A DNA stretch of 27,658 bases from a virus (lineage: Duplodnaviria; Caudoviricetes). The DNA lies in IMG/VR virus record IMGVR_UViG_3300028025_000556, positions 1 through 27,658 of that record. The stretch is one strand, 5' to 3'. Both the position numbers and the translations under genes were made by a program. The notes beneath the pieces were generated by a model. It saw only the letters and a program-made list of their open reading frames with translations, was not told where the DNA came from and did not search any database. Positions 5,325 through 15,098 of the stretch are shown here, in pieces; position 1 is the first letter of the stretch, and every line of letters begins with the position of its first letter.

Positions 5325-6542
5325 ATGCTAAAAATTGTGCAAAAGCCTGTAGATAAATTGATACCTTATGTCAACAACAGCCGCACCCACTCTGATGAGC
5401 AAATAGCCCAGATTGCCTCAAGCATCAAAGAATTCGGCTGGACTAACCCGATATTGGTAGATGGGGAGAACGGCATCATTGCAGGACATGGCAGGCTGAT
5501 GGCAGCAAGAAAGCTGGGCTACAAAGAAGTTCCCACCATCGAGTTAAAAGACCTGACAGAGACCCAGCGCAAGGCTTACATCATTGCCGACAACCGCCTG
5601 GCACTCAATGCAGGATGGGACAATGAAATGCTGACCATAGAATTGAATGATCTATTGGCAGACGGGTTTGCGCTAGAAATCTTGGGCTTTGACACTAAGG
5701 AACTAAACGCCCTGCTAGAGCCAGAGGTAGTGGAAGGGCTGACAGACGAGGATGCCGTTCCTGACATTCCTGATGAGCCTAAGACCAAGTTAGGCGACAT
5801 TTACCAACTAGGCAATCACCGCCTAATGTGTGGGGACTCCACTAGCATTGACGCTGTTGACAAGTTGATGGATGGGCAGAAGGCCGATATGGTGTTTACC
5901 GACCCGCCTTATGGCGTGGCTTATGAAGGTGGACATAATCAAAAGAAACGTAAAGGCATAATTGCTGATACTTTAGAAGGTGATGATCTAACAGGTTTGT
6001 TTTATGGTGCTTTAATGGCTGCTGTACCAAATACCAAGGATGGTGCGGCTTTTTATATTTGGTATGCCTCTGGCAAATCAATAGAAACTTATGCTGCATT
6101 ATCAAAATTGCCACTAAAACTTAGGGCGGTAATTCAATGGTACAAAGTAAAGTCTGGTCTTGGGGCTTTTATGTCTCAATATATTCCAAACTCCGAGCCA
6201 TGTATGTATTTGCATAAAGACAAATGCTCTCCTGCATGGTATGGCCCGACAAATGAAAAAACTGTTTGGGAATTAAAGAAAGAATCAAAAAATATTTATC
6301 ATCCAACTCAGAAGCCTGTTGAATTGCCAGAAAGAGCAATAAATAATTCAAGTAAGGGTGGTGATTTAATCCTTGATCTTTTTGGTGGCTCTGGAAGCAC
6401 ATTAATTGCCTGTGAAAAAATTAATCGTCATGCAAGATTGATGGAACTAGACCCCAAGTATTGCGATGTAATCGTTAAGCGTTGGGAAGACTTCACAGGC
6501 AAGAAAGCCGTTCTTTTGACAGAAACAGTAGAATCTGCTTAA
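5325..6542 (+). CDS. ParB/Srx N-terminal domain fused to an N6-adenine/N4-cytosine DNA methyltransferase (beta class)
   Basis: PYVNNSRTH...FGWTNPIL...IIAGHGRLMAA...ADNRL (ParB); DPPY, HPTQKPV, LDLFGGSGSTLIA; GAGGA RBS. Confidence 0.93.
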   Translation: MLKIVQKPVDKLIPYVNNSRTHSDEQIAQIASSIKEFGWTNPILVDGENGIIAGHGRLMAARKLGYKEVPTIELKDLTETQRKAYIIADNRLALNAGWDNEMLTIELNDLLADGFALEILGFDTKELNALLEPEVVEGLTDEDAVPDIPDEPKTKLGDIYQLGNHRLMCGDSTSIDAVDKLMDGQKADMVFTDPPYGVAYEGGHNQKKRKGIIADTLEGDDLTGLFYGALMAAVPNTKDGAAFYIWYASGKSIETYAALSKLPLKLRAVIQWYKVKSGLGAFMSQYIPNSEPCMYLHKDKCSPAWYGPTNEKTVWELKKESKNIYHPTQKPVELPERAINNSSKGGDLILDLFGGSGSTLIACEKINRHARLMELDPKYCDVIVKRWEDFTGKKAVLLTETVESA

Positions 6543-6545
6543 CAT
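6516..6545 (+). promoter_or_regulatory. Candidate promoter for the terminase genes
   Basis: TTGACA (6516-6521), 18 nt, TAACAT (6540-6545). Confidence 0.5.
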
Positions 6546-6566
6546 TACGCAAATTCCCCTCTATAA

Positions 6567-6920
6567 ATGAACCACGAACACGAGCCAACGGCAGAATCCC
6601 GCAAACTGGTTGAATCCAGTAGCGGATTAGGCTTGCCTCACGAGTCCATTGCCTGCTTGGTTGGCATCGATGACAAGACCCTCCGCAAGTATTACAGGCA
6701 CGAGCTGGACATGGGCAAAGCCAAAGCCAATGGGCAGATTGCCAAGACGCTGTACAGCAAAGCCGTGGGTGGAGACACCACAAGCCTGATCTGGTGGACA
6801 AAGACACAAATGCGCTGGGCTGAGACTGTTAAGCAAGAACACACTGGTGCAGATGGTGCGCCCCTGCTGTTTGAGCGCATTGAACGTGTGGTGGTGGATG
6901 CAAAAAATACTGAAGATTGA
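6567..6920 (+). CDS. terS: Terminase small subunit
   Basis: HTH (IACLVGIDDKTLRKYY), IWWTKTQMRW, EHTGADGAPL tail; directly upstream of and overlapping terL. Confidence 0.8.
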   Translation: MNHEHEPTAESRKLVESSSGLGLPHESIACLVGIDDKTLRKYYRHELDMGKAKANGQIAKTLYSKAVGGDTTSLIWWTKTQMRWAETVKQEHTGADGAPLLFERIERVVVDAKNTED

Positions 6921-8124
6921 TACGCCTCGCTGGGCATTGCCATTGACAAAACCAAGCCGATACAAGGGCGCATGGGGTGGTCGGGGCAGCGGAAAGTCTC
7001 ATGCCTTTGCCGAGTTGATGATTGAGGAGCACATCATTGACCCCAAGCGCAGAAGCGTTTGTGTTCGTGAAATACAGAAATCCTTGAATCAATCTGTTAA
7101 GCGATTGCTGGAAACCAAGATCGAGGCCATGAACGCAGGGGCTTACTTTGAAGTCCAAGATTCGGTCATCAAGTCCAAAAAGGGCGATGGTGCGATTATT
7201 TTCCAAGGTATGCAAAACCACACAGCCGACAGCATTAAGTCGCTAGAAGGCTATGACTGCGCTTGGGTTGAGGAAGCCCAAAGTCTGAGTCAGACCAGCC
7301 TGGACTTGCTGAGACCAACAATCCGCAAGCCAAACAGCGAGTTATGGTTCACATGGAATCCAAGGCAGCAATCAGACCCTGTGGATTTTCTATTGCGTGG
7401 GCCAGAGCCGCCAGCCAATGCCTCGGTAATCAAGGTCAACTTTGGCGATAACCCGTGGTTTCCACAAGTCTTAAAAGACGAAATGGAGTACGACAAGCGC
7501 AGAGACCCTGACAAATATCAGCACGTTTGGATGGGTCAATACCTGCAAAACAGCAACAGCAAGGTATTCAAGAACTGGAAAATTGACGACTTTGATGCAC
7601 CGCCAGATGCTATCCACCGCCTTGGTGCTGATTGGGGTTTCTCAGTTGACCCGACAGTTTTGGTGCGTTGCCACATAATTGGGCGCACCCTTTACATTGA
7701 TTACGAAGCCTACATGGTGGGCTGTGAGATTATCAACACCCCTGAGTTATTCATGCAAATACCAGAGGCTGAGAAGTGGCCTATCGTGGCAGACTCAGCC
7801 AGGCCGGAAACCATCAGCCACATGAAGCGCAACGGCTTTCCAAAGATAATGACTGCAATCAAAGGGCCAAAGTCAGTAGAGGAAGGCATCGAGTTTTTGA
7901 AGAACTACGACATTGTGGTTCACCCTCGTTGCATTCACACAATTGACGAGTTGAGCCTGTACAGTTATAAATCAGACCCATTGACAGGCAGAATTCTGCC
8001 CATGCTTGAGGACAAAAAGAATCACGTTATTGATGCTTTGCGTTATGCGTGTGAGGGCATCAGGCGGTCAGCGGTAACAAAATCGGCTACATTTACACCA
8101 TTGCCCAATGTCAAACGCTGGTAG
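6898..8124 (+). CDS. terL: Terminase large subunit, PBSX/XtmB family, 408 aa
   Basis: Walker A GGRGSGKS, Walker B WVEEA, TWNP coupling motif, nuclease GADWGFSVDP and NHVIDALRYA; ATG 6898 preferred. Confidence 0.96.
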   Translation: MQKILKIDTPRWALPLTKPSRYKGAWGGRGSGKSHAFAELMIEEHIIDPKRRSVCVREIQKSLNQSVKRLLETKIEAMNAGAYFEVQDSVIKSKKGDGAIIFQGMQNHTADSIKSLEGYDCAWVEEAQSLSQTSLDLLRPTIRKPNSELWFTWNPRQQSDPVDFLLRGPEPPANASVIKVNFGDNPWFPQVLKDEMEYDKRRDPDKYQHVWMGQYLQNSNSKVFKNWKIDDFDAPPDAIHRLGADWGFSVDPTVLVRCHIIGRTLYIDYEAYMVGCEIINTPELFMQIPEAEKWPIVADSARPETISHMKRNGFPKIMTAIKGPKSVEEGIEFLKNYDIVVHPRCIHTIDELSLYSYKSDPLTGRILPMLEDKKNHVIDALRYACEGIRRSAVTKSATFTPLPNVKRW

Positions 8125-8129
8125 ATAAT
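8101..8129 (+). promoter_or_regulatory. Candidate promoter upstream of portal
   Basis: TTGCCC, 17 nt, GATAAT; AAGGA RBS before ATG 8148. Confidence 0.45.
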
Positions 8130-8147
8130 CGCCCCAAAAGGACAAAT

Positions 8148-10211
8148 ATGGCACGAATACCCAACGACCAACGCCTTGCAAACTTACACGCTGAAGCACT
8201 GCGGCAGTTCAATGATATACAAACTGCGCTGCGGGATGAGCGTCTGCAATGCTTACAAGACAGGCGTTTTTACTCGTTGTGCGGCTCTCAGTGGGAAGGC
8301 CCATTGTGGGATCAATACGAAAACAAACCCAAGTTTGAGGTCAACAAAATCATGTTGGCGGTCATTCGCATCGTTAACGAATACCGCAATAATCGCATCA
8401 CCGTTGACTATGTAAGCAAAGACGGTACTGAGAACGACAAACTGGCAGAAGTCTGCGATGGCCTTTATCGTGCTGACGAACAAGCATCGGTCGCTGATGA
8501 GGCTTACGACAATGCTTTTGAGGAAGCTGTTGGCGGTGGCATTGGTGCATGGCGACTGCGTACTGTTTACGAAGACGAAGAAGACCCAGAGAATGAACGC
8601 CAGCGCATCAGGTTTGAGCCAATCTTTGATGCCGACTCTAGCGTATTCTTTGACCTGAACGCCAAGCGGCAAGATAAGTCAGATGCCAAATATGCTTTTG
8701 TGGTCAACAGTATGACCCGTGAAAGCTACAAAGAAATCTACAACGATGACCCAACTGATTGGCCTAAAATCATTCACCAATACGAATTTGATTGGGCAAC
8801 GCCTGATGTTGTGTTTGTGGCTGAGTACTATAAGGTTGAGGAAAAAACCGAGGTAATCCGTATATTTGAAGCCATTGATGGCACTGAGGAACGCTATACA
8901 GCCCAAGACTTTGCAGACGATGAAATGCTAGAAGAAACCCTGATGGCGGTCGGCACAAGGGAAGTTCGCCAAAAGCGCATCAAGCGTATGCGGGTTCGCA
9001 AATACATCATGTCTGGCGGCAAGGTGCTGGAAGATGCAGGCTACATTGCAGGCAAAAACATCCCCATTGTGGTGGTCTACGGCAAGCGATGGTTTGTGGA
9101 TAACATCGAGCGTTGCATGGGTGCTGTGCGCTTGGCTAAAGATGCCCAACGCCTGAAGAATATGCAACTGTCCAAGCTGGGCGAGATTTCAGCCTTGTCC
9201 AGTATTGAGAAGCCCATCATGACCCCAGAGCAAGTGGCTGGGCATCAGGTAATGTGGGCAGAAGATAATCTGAGGGATTACCCTTATCTGCTGATTAACC
9301 CTGTCACTGGTGCTGATGGCGGCACACAAATCAGTGGCCCTGTGGCTTATACAAAGTCGGCACAAATCCCACCAGCTATGGCGGCTTTACTTGCCATCAC
9401 TGAACAGGATATGCAGGACATTTTGGGCAACCCACAAGGGGCTGACAAGATGATTTCAGGCGTATCAGGCAAAGCGGTTGAGATGATTCAAACCCGTGTG
9501 GATATGCAGACGTTCATTTACATGAGCAACTTTGCCAAGGGCATGAAGCGATGTGGTGAGATTTGGCTCGGCATGGCAAAGGAAATCTACACCGAAGACA
9601 AGCGCAAGATGAAAACTATTGCCGCTACTGGTGAGGCTGGAATGGTCGAGTTGATGCAGCCCACAATTGACACCGAAACTGGTGCTGTGGTGATGGCAAA
9701 TGACCTATCTAGTGCCACATTTGATGTGGTTGCTGAAGTTGGCCCATCCTCTAGCAGTAAACGTGCGGCAACTGTCAGGGCTTTGACAGGAATGCTTCAG
9801 ATCACCCAAGACCCAGAGACAGCCCAAGTGCTGACTGCAATGGCAATGATGAACATGGAAGGCGAGGGCGTTGGGGATGCAAATGCTTATTTCCGCAAGA
9901 AGTTACTGCGGATGGGCGTTGTTCAACCAACAGACCAAGAGGCAGAAGAACTTATGGCAGAAATGCAGGGCAAGCCTCAAGACCCGAACGCAATGTATTT
10001 GCAGGCCGCAGCCGAGAATGAAATGGCAAAAGCCGCAAGAGCAAGAGCTGATACTGTTGAAACTGTAGCAAGCGCAGAACTTAAACGGGCGCAAACGCTA
10101 GAGACTTTGGGCAAGGTTGAAGAGACAGCACAGAGCATGGCGATGACCAACGCCCAGGCAGTGCAAGAAATTTTGCAAGGTCAGATTGTGCAACCTGTTG
10201 CGAATCAGTAA
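8148..10211 (+). CDS. P22-like portal protein (gp1)
   Basis: 687 aa after terL; DRRF...GSQW, FEVNKI, AFEEAVGGGIGAWR, GAVRLAKDAQRLKN, SGKAV; Q/A-rich helical C-terminal barrel. Confidence 0.95.
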   Translation: MARIPNDQRLANLHAEALRQFNDIQTALRDERLQCLQDRRFYSLCGSQWEGPLWDQYENKPKFEVNKIMLAVIRIVNEYRNNRITVDYVSKDGTENDKLAEVCDGLYRADEQASVADEAYDNAFEEAVGGGIGAWRLRTVYEDEEDPENERQRIRFEPIFDADSSVFFDLNAKRQDKSDAKYAFVVNSMTRESYKEIYNDDPTDWPKIIHQYEFDWATPDVVFVAEYYKVEEKTEVIRIFEAIDGTEERYTAQDFADDEMLEETLMAVGTREVRQKRIKRMRVRKYIMSGGKVLEDAGYIAGKNIPIVVVYGKRWFVDNIERCMGAVRLAKDAQRLKNMQLSKLGEISALSSIEKPIMTPEQVAGHQVMWAEDNLRDYPYLLINPVTGADGGTQISGPVAYTKSAQIPPAMAALLAITEQDMQDILGNPQGADKMISGVSGKAVEMIQTRVDMQTFIYMSNFAKGMKRCGEIWLGMAKEIYTEDKRKMKTIAATGEAGMVELMQPTIDTETGAVVMANDLSSATFDVVAEVGPSSSSKRAATVRALTGMLQITQDPETAQVLTAMAMMNMEGEGVGDANAYFRKKLLRMGVVQPTDQEAEELMAEMQGKPQDPNAMYLQAAAENEMAKAARARADTVETVASAELKRAQTLETLGKVEETAQSMAMTNAQAVQEILQGQIVQPVANQ

Positions 10212-10226
10212 AAAACAAGCGACAAT
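10198..10226 (+). promoter_or_regulatory. Candidate promoter upstream of scaffold
   Basis: TTGCGA, 17 nt, GACAAT; predicted start near 10233. Confidence 0.45.
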
Positions 10227-10232
10227 TAAAAC

Positions 10233-10264
10233 AACGGTTACCACCCAGCCGTTTAAAGTGGGTG
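10233..10264 (+). promoter_or_regulatory. Predicted H-type RNA pseudoknot in the scaffold leader
   Basis: S1 AACGGT(10233-38)/GCCGTT(10248-53); S2 CACCCA(10242-47)/TGGGTG(10259-64). Confidence 0.55.
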
Positions 10265-10270
10265 AGTTGA

Positions 10271-11116
10271 ATGGGGTCAAAGATGAATCAAAAGGCAGTA
10301 ATTGAGGACAATGAAGTCGAGGTAGTAGAAGAGGAAATCGAAGTCAACGAATCCGTTGATGAGGTTGAGCCAGAAGATACCGAAGAAGTTGTTGTCAGCA
10401 TTGGTGAGGAAGCGCCACCTCCCGAAGAACATACTCCTGCGCCTGAATGGGTAAAAGAGTTGCGTAAGACGAACCGAGAACTGCAACGGCAGAATCGTGA
10501 ACTGCAAGCAAGGGTACAAGCCGCACCACCTGAGACCAAACCAGTGGTGATTGGAAATAAGCCCAAGCTAGAAGATCACGACTATGACGCTGATGCATAC
10601 GAGGAAGCATTGACAAGTTGGTTTGAGCGCAAGCGACAGGCCGATGAAATCAACGCCAAGCAAGAAGCTGAAGTTATGAATCAGCAAAAGGCATGGCAAG
10701 CCAAGTTGGATGGTTATGGCAAGGCGAAAGCCGAGCTAAGAGTGAAGGACTTTGAGGATGCTGAAGAAGTTGCTCAACAAGTTTTTTCTATCACCCAGCA
10801 AGGCGTTTTGCTGCAAGGTGCAGATAATCCTGCACTCGTTGTTTACGCACTCGGTAAGAACCCTGCAAAGGCTAAAGAGTTGGCTGAAATCAAAGACCCC
10901 GTAAAGTTTGCCTTTGCGGTAGCAAAACTGGAGAAAGACTTGAAAGTTACAAATCGCAGGCAAGCACCCGCCCCAGAGCGTATCGTTACAGGAACTGGAA
11001 GATCATCTGGTGCGGTTGACTCAACACTTGAACGGCTGAGAGAAGAAGCGGCTCGTACTGGCAATATGACCAAGGTCATACAGTATAGGGCGCAGAAACG
11101 ATCAGCATCCAAATAA
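10271..11116 (+). CDS. Capsid scaffolding protein (P22 gp8-like); start 10271 or 10283
   Basis: Between portal and coat; acidic N-terminus, coiled coils, basic C-terminal coat-binding helices. Confidence 0.88.
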   Translation: MGSKMNQKAVIEDNEVEVVEEEIEVNESVDEVEPEDTEEVVVSIGEEAPPPEEHTPAPEWVKELRKTNRELQRQNRELQARVQAAPPETKPVVIGNKPKLEDHDYDADAYEEALTSWFERKRQADEINAKQEAEVMNQQKAWQAKLDGYGKAKAELRVKDFEDAEEVAQQVFSITQQGVLLQGADNPALVVYALGKNPAKAKELAEIKDPVKFAFAVAKLEKDLKVTNRRQAPAPERIVTGTGRSSGAVDSTLERLREEAARTGNMTKVIQYRAQKRSASK

Positions 11117-11133
11117 TTTAATAGGAGCTTATT

Positions 11134-12420
11134 ATGAGCAATAGTTTTTCAAAAGAAGAGCGTGTAGCGTTTGAGGACATCCTCGAAGGCTTTAACGATG
11201 CTTTGGTTTTATCCCGCAACGTGTCCATCTACAACACAGATGGCTCGATGATGGAACGCACCAATAACGTGATCTATCGTCCACAGCCTTACATCGCACA
11301 ATCGTACGATGGCATGGATCAGACTAACAACTTCACAGCTTACACACAGCTTTCAGTACCAGCGACACTCGGCTTTCAAAAGTCTGTGCCGTTCATTCTC
11401 GATGCTTTGGAATTGCGTGACGCTTTGCAAGAAGGTCGTTTAGGCGAAGCCGCCAAGCAGAAATTGGCATCTGACATCAACATCGCCATCATGAACGTGG
11501 CTGCGGCTCAAGGCTCTTTGGTCGTGACCGTGAGCACTGCCGCTGGTGACTATGACGATGTGGCCTTGTGCGACAGCATCATGAACGAGCAGGGTGTTCA
11601 AGCCTTTGATCGTTACTTGGCTTTGTCAAGCCGTGACTACAACGGCATCGCTGGCAACATTGCTGGTGGTACTGGTGGCGCATCTGTGTCACGTAGTTTC
11701 GCAGGTACTAAGTCAAACAGTGCTTTCGAGCGTTCTTACGTTGGTATGGTTGCAGGTTTTGATACCTACAAACTTGACTACGCCAACCGCCTCGCAGGTG
11801 CAACTGGTGCTGACCCAACAATGAGCACTTTGGCTGCCGCCAATAACTACTACGTGCCTGTGGCAACCGCCACCGCAGCAACTGGTGAAACTCAGAACGT
11901 GGACAATCGTTTCCAAACGATTACCGTGTCTAGCACCACCAACTTGCCTGCTGGTTCAGCCATTGAGATCAGCGGAGTTGAGGCTGTCCATCACATCACC
12001 AAGCAAGGTACTGGATTCTCCAAGACTTTCCGTGTGGTGCAAGTGGTCAATTCCACAACTTGCGTTATTACACCTCCAATCATTTCTGCTCAAGGTGGAA
12101 CTGATGCTGAGTTGCAATACCAAAACTGTATCGTTACACCTAACGCATCCGCAACCATCAACCGCTTGAATACCACAACTGCACCTGTTAACTGCTTCTG
12201 GCAGAAAGATGCGTTGGAGATTCTGCCTGGTCGTTACGCTGTTCCCTCTGATGCTGGCGTTGCAGTAATGCGTGCCTCTACAGATCAAGGCATCGAATTG
12301 GTCATGCAAAAGCAATACGATGTGAATACCATGAAGACCAAGTACCGTTTGGATACTTTGTTTGGCGTGGTCAATAAGCAGCCAGAAATGTCTGGTATTT
12401 TGCTGTTTAATCAAGCCTAA
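11134..12420 (+). CDS. Major capsid protein (P22 gp5-like)
   Basis: 428 aa; AGGAG RBS; AAKQKLASDI, YRLDTLFGV...PEMSGILL C-terminus; synteny. Confidence 0.93.
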   Translation: MSNSFSKEERVAFEDILEGFNDALVLSRNVSIYNTDGSMMERTNNVIYRPQPYIAQSYDGMDQTNNFTAYTQLSVPATLGFQKSVPFILDALELRDALQEGRLGEAAKQKLASDINIAIMNVAAAQGSLVVTVSTAAGDYDDVALCDSIMNEQGVQAFDRYLALSSRDYNGIAGNIAGGTGGASVSRSFAGTKSNSAFERSYVGMVAGFDTYKLDYANRLAGATGADPTMSTLAAANNYYVPVATATAATGETQNVDNRFQTITVSSTTNLPAGSAIEISGVEAVHHITKQGTGFSKTFRVVQVVNSTTCVITPPIISAQGGTDAELQYQNCIVTPNASATINRLNTTTAPVNCFWQKDALEILPGRYAVPSDAGVAVMRASTDQGIELVMQKQYDVNTMKTKYRLDTLFGVVNKQPEMSGILLFNQA

Positions 12421-12429
12421 GGAGTAATC

Positions 12430-13044
12430 ATGAGCTATCAAGTAATTTTTGCACAAGGTACAGCCACTGTTGCAGTACCCGCAGGCGAGAAAATCGCTGT
12501 TCAAGCCTTTTCACCAGCACAAGTGTTTCAAGAAGTTGGTTTCCCCAACTTTCCTGAAGCCAATGATCTGCTGACTACGGTTGACAACACCACCTATGTT
12601 TCAGGCGCATTTACCAATGCCACCAACGTGATTATTCAAGCTGGTGCATCGGGTGCGTACTACTCAGTTGGCGTTGCTCCTGATATCAGCAACAATGGCA
12701 ACTGGCAACCTCAAGGTGCGCCAGCCAACATTGCTGATGGCGGCTCGATGGCGGCAACTGCTGCTAACGTGTTGACAGGCATCATTACTGCTACTCCCAC
12801 AGCAAGCCGTGACATTCAATTGCCAACAGGTGCAAACCTTGATTTGGCAACTGAGTGGGCTATCGGTGATTCGTTTGACTTCAGCGTCATCACTTTGGCT
12901 GCATATGCTTTGACATTGACTGTCAACACAAATGTGACCATCGTTGGTTCTGCTGCAACTGCGGCTACGGCTGGTGCTTCTGCACGTTTCCGTTGCCGTA
13001 AGACTGCGGCTGACACCTTTGTTGTCTATCGTATCGGTGGTTAA
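12430..13044 (+). CDS. Putative capsid decoration/minor virion protein, 204 aa
   Basis: Strong RBS, follows coat before terminator, Ala/Thr-rich beta-type sequence. Confidence 0.6.
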   Translation: MSYQVIFAQGTATVAVPAGEKIAVQAFSPAQVFQEVGFPNFPEANDLLTTVDNTTYVSGAFTNATNVIIQAGASGAYYSVGVAPDISNNGNWQPQGAPANIADGGSMAATAANVLTGIITATPTASRDIQLPTGANLDLATEWAIGDSFDFSVITLAAYALTLTVNTNVTIVGSAATAATAGASARFRCRKTAADTFVVYRIGG

Positions 13045-13050
13045 ACCAAG

Positions 13051-13079
13051 ACAGGCCAGCAGAGATGTTGGCCTGTTTT
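13051..13079 (+). terminator. Intrinsic terminator after the capsid genes
   Basis: ACAGGCCAGCA-GAGA-TGTTGGCCTGT 11-bp stem, GNRA loop, short T run. Confidence 0.8.
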
Positions 13080-13094
13080 ACTTAGGAGAGCAAA

Positions 13095-13259
13095 ATGCCA
13101 ATGAAAAAAGGTTACTCAGACAAGACCATTTCCAAGAATATCAAAATGGAAATGAAATCAGGCAAGCCCCAAAAGCAAGCCGTTGCAATGGCACTTGGTA
13201 TGGCTACTAAGTCGGCAAAAGCCGCTGGCAAGCCTAGCAAAGCACCAATGAAAAAATGA
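13095..13259 (+). CDS. Small very basic protein, 54 aa (absent from ORF track)
   Basis: MPMKKGYSDKTISKNIKMEMKSGKPQKQAVAMALGMATKSAKAAGKPSKAPMKK*; AGGAG RBS; ATGA overlap with next gene. Confidence 0.85.
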   Translation: MPMKKGYSDKTISKNIKMEMKSGKPQKQAVAMALGMATKSAKAAGKPSKAPMKK

Positions 13260-13594
13260 TTAAGTCAGCCGCAATCGTTAAGACCAAAACTCTTGCCCCG
13301 TGGAAAGAGTTGCGGTTGCAAAAGCGTAAGCTGAAAAAAGCCAATGCCGCACAGCGCAAAGCAATAAAGCAGATTCGCCCATCGCCCATCGGTTCACAAG
13401 TTATTGATGTGCCTGATGAGCCTATTGAAATGCTTGAAGTTGTTGAGACTGTTGATGACAGCCCACCAACTCGTGAGGAAATGCTACAACAGGCTGAAGC
13501 CATTGGCATGAAGGTTGACAAACGCTGGTCAGATGCGACACTTCTGAAACACATTGAGGAATCAGCATGGGCTACAGAAAACGACAATTCATAA
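13256..13594 (+). CDS. Hypothetical protein with C-terminal HeH/Rho_N-like helical motif
   Basis: TREEMLQQAEAIGMKVDKRWSDATLLKHIEE; basic N-terminus; translationally coupled start. Confidence 0.65.
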   Translation: MIKSAAIVKTKTLAPWKELRLQKRKLKKANAAQRKAIKQIRPSPIGSQVIDVPDEPIEMLEVVETVDDSPPTREEMLQQAEAIGMKVDKRWSDATLLKHIEESAWATENDNS

Positions 13595-14049
13595 GCGCAG
13601 CCTTTGAGGAAATCGGGCTTGCGTCTTACGTGTTTGATTTACAACCTGAACAGCTTGAATCTGCCTTGCGTAGATTAGATGCAATGATGGCAGACTGGAA
13701 CGCCAAGGGCATCCGCTTGGGTTACCCTTTGCCATCCAGCCCACAAGATAGCAGCCTAGATGAAGAAACTCTCGTGCCTGATTCGGCTTACGAGGCCATT
13801 ATTTGCAGTCTAGGCATTAGGCTTGCGCCAAGTTTTGGCAAGCAAGTAATGATTGAGACAAAGACCACTGCCAAGCAGGGTTACGATATTCTGTTGCAAA
13901 GAGCCACATTCCCGCTTGAACAACAACTTCCGGCAACAATGCCTGCTGGTGCTGGCAATAAGCCTTGGAGGGTCTACGATAATCCGTTTATCAGACCACC
14001 AGCCAATCCTGTTACTGCTGGCCCTGATGGGCCTCTCGAATACTATTAA
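13567..14049 (+). CDS. Tail accessory/head completion protein (P22 gp4-like)
   Basis: AAFEEIGLA...PEQLESALRRLDAMMADW...LGIRLAPSFG...MPAGAGN; GAGGA RBS. Confidence 0.88.
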   Translation: MGYRKRQFISAAFEEIGLASYVFDLQPEQLESALRRLDAMMADWNAKGIRLGYPLPSSPQDSSLDEETLVPDSAYEAIICSLGIRLAPSFGKQVMIETKTTAKQGYDILLQRATFPLEQQLPATMPAGAGNKPWRVYDNPFIRPPANPVTAGPDGPLEYY

Positions 14050-14057
14050 GGACAGTC

Positions 14058-15098
14058 ATGCCACAAATCAATCAGTTACCCGTACTCAGCACTGTTTCAA
14101 GCGGAGACCAATTACCCGTTTACTCACCCAACAATGGTGATGCTCGCAGAACCTCGATTGGTTCTTTGCTGACTTTCTTTCAACAAAGTTTTGCATCGCC
14201 AACTTTGTCGGTGAATCTGTATGTGCCTGGCTCTGGCTTCAACATCACTGTGCCAACTCCTGTTAGCCAAGATCAGTGGATGCTGTTGCAACCTGCTGGA
14301 ACGCTGGCAACTGGCACAATTACCCTGCCTTTGAATACTGGTGTGCCTGATGGCACTACGGTGCTGATTACGACCACCCAAGAAATCACATCCCTGACGA
14401 TTGCGCTGAATGGTGCAACCGCACTTTATGGTGGTGTAACATTCTTAGGCGCAGGAACTGCAACAGCCATTCGTTTTTATCAGCCCACAAACTCTTGGTA
14501 TCAAATTAATGCTGATGCAGTTTATGGCACAAATGTGCAGGCTTTCTTGGCTGTGCCATCAAGTGCCAATCTACGGGCGGCAATGACAGATGAAACTGGT
14601 ACAGGTTCATTGGTCTTTGCAACAAGCCCAACGCTAACAACTCCAACGATCACAAACCCAACAGTCAGCACTGGAACATTCACAAGCCCAACTTTGGTTA
14701 CACCAGCAATCGGTGTGGCTACTGGCACAAGTTTGACAGCTACTGGTGTGATTGCATCAACTGGAACGGCTGGTGTAGGTTATGCCACAGGCGCAGGCGG
14801 CACAGTAACTCAAGGCTCAAGCCGCATCACAGGTGTGACATTGAATAAGACAACTGGTGCAATCACACTATTTAGCGCTGCTGGTTCAGCCACTGCTGCA
14901 ACATTTACTGTGACCAATAGCACTGTTGCGGCAACTGATGTCATTGTCCTGAATCAAAAATCAGGCACTGACCTATATGACTTGATGGTCACTGCTGTGG
15001 CGGCTGGTAGTTTCAACATTACTTTCCGTACCACTGGCGGCACAACAACTGAACAGCCAGTATTTAACTTTGCAGTCATCAAAGGCGTAGCTGCATAA
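14058..15098 (+). CDS. Thr/Gly-rich virion fibre-like protein, 346 aa
   Basis: INQLP..N-terminal adaptor-like motif, SPTLxTP repeats, beta-rich C-terminus; tail module. Confidence 0.6.
   Translation: MPQINQLPVLSTVSSGDQLPVYSPNNGDARRTSIGSLLTFFQQSFASPTLSVNLYVPGSGFNITVPTPVSQDQWMLLQPAGTLATGTITLPLNTGVPDGTTVLITTTQEITSLTIALNGATALYGGVTFLGAGTATAIRFYQPTNSWYQINADAVYGTNVQAFLAVPSSANLRAAMTDETGTGSLVFATSPTLTTPTITNPTVSTGTFTSPTLVTPAIGVATGTSLTATGVIASTGTAGVGYATGAGGTVTQGSSRITGVTLNKTTGAITLFSAAGSATAATFTVTNSTVAATDVIVLNQKSGTDLYDLMVTAVAAGSFNITFRTTGGTTTEQPVFNFAVIKGVAA

Noticed and set aside
11956-12504. 182-aa antisense ORF, and other minus-strand ORFs in the structural region (e.g. 8253-8672, 21760-22131)
   Set aside because: Shadows of well-supported plus-strand genes; no RBS or motifs.
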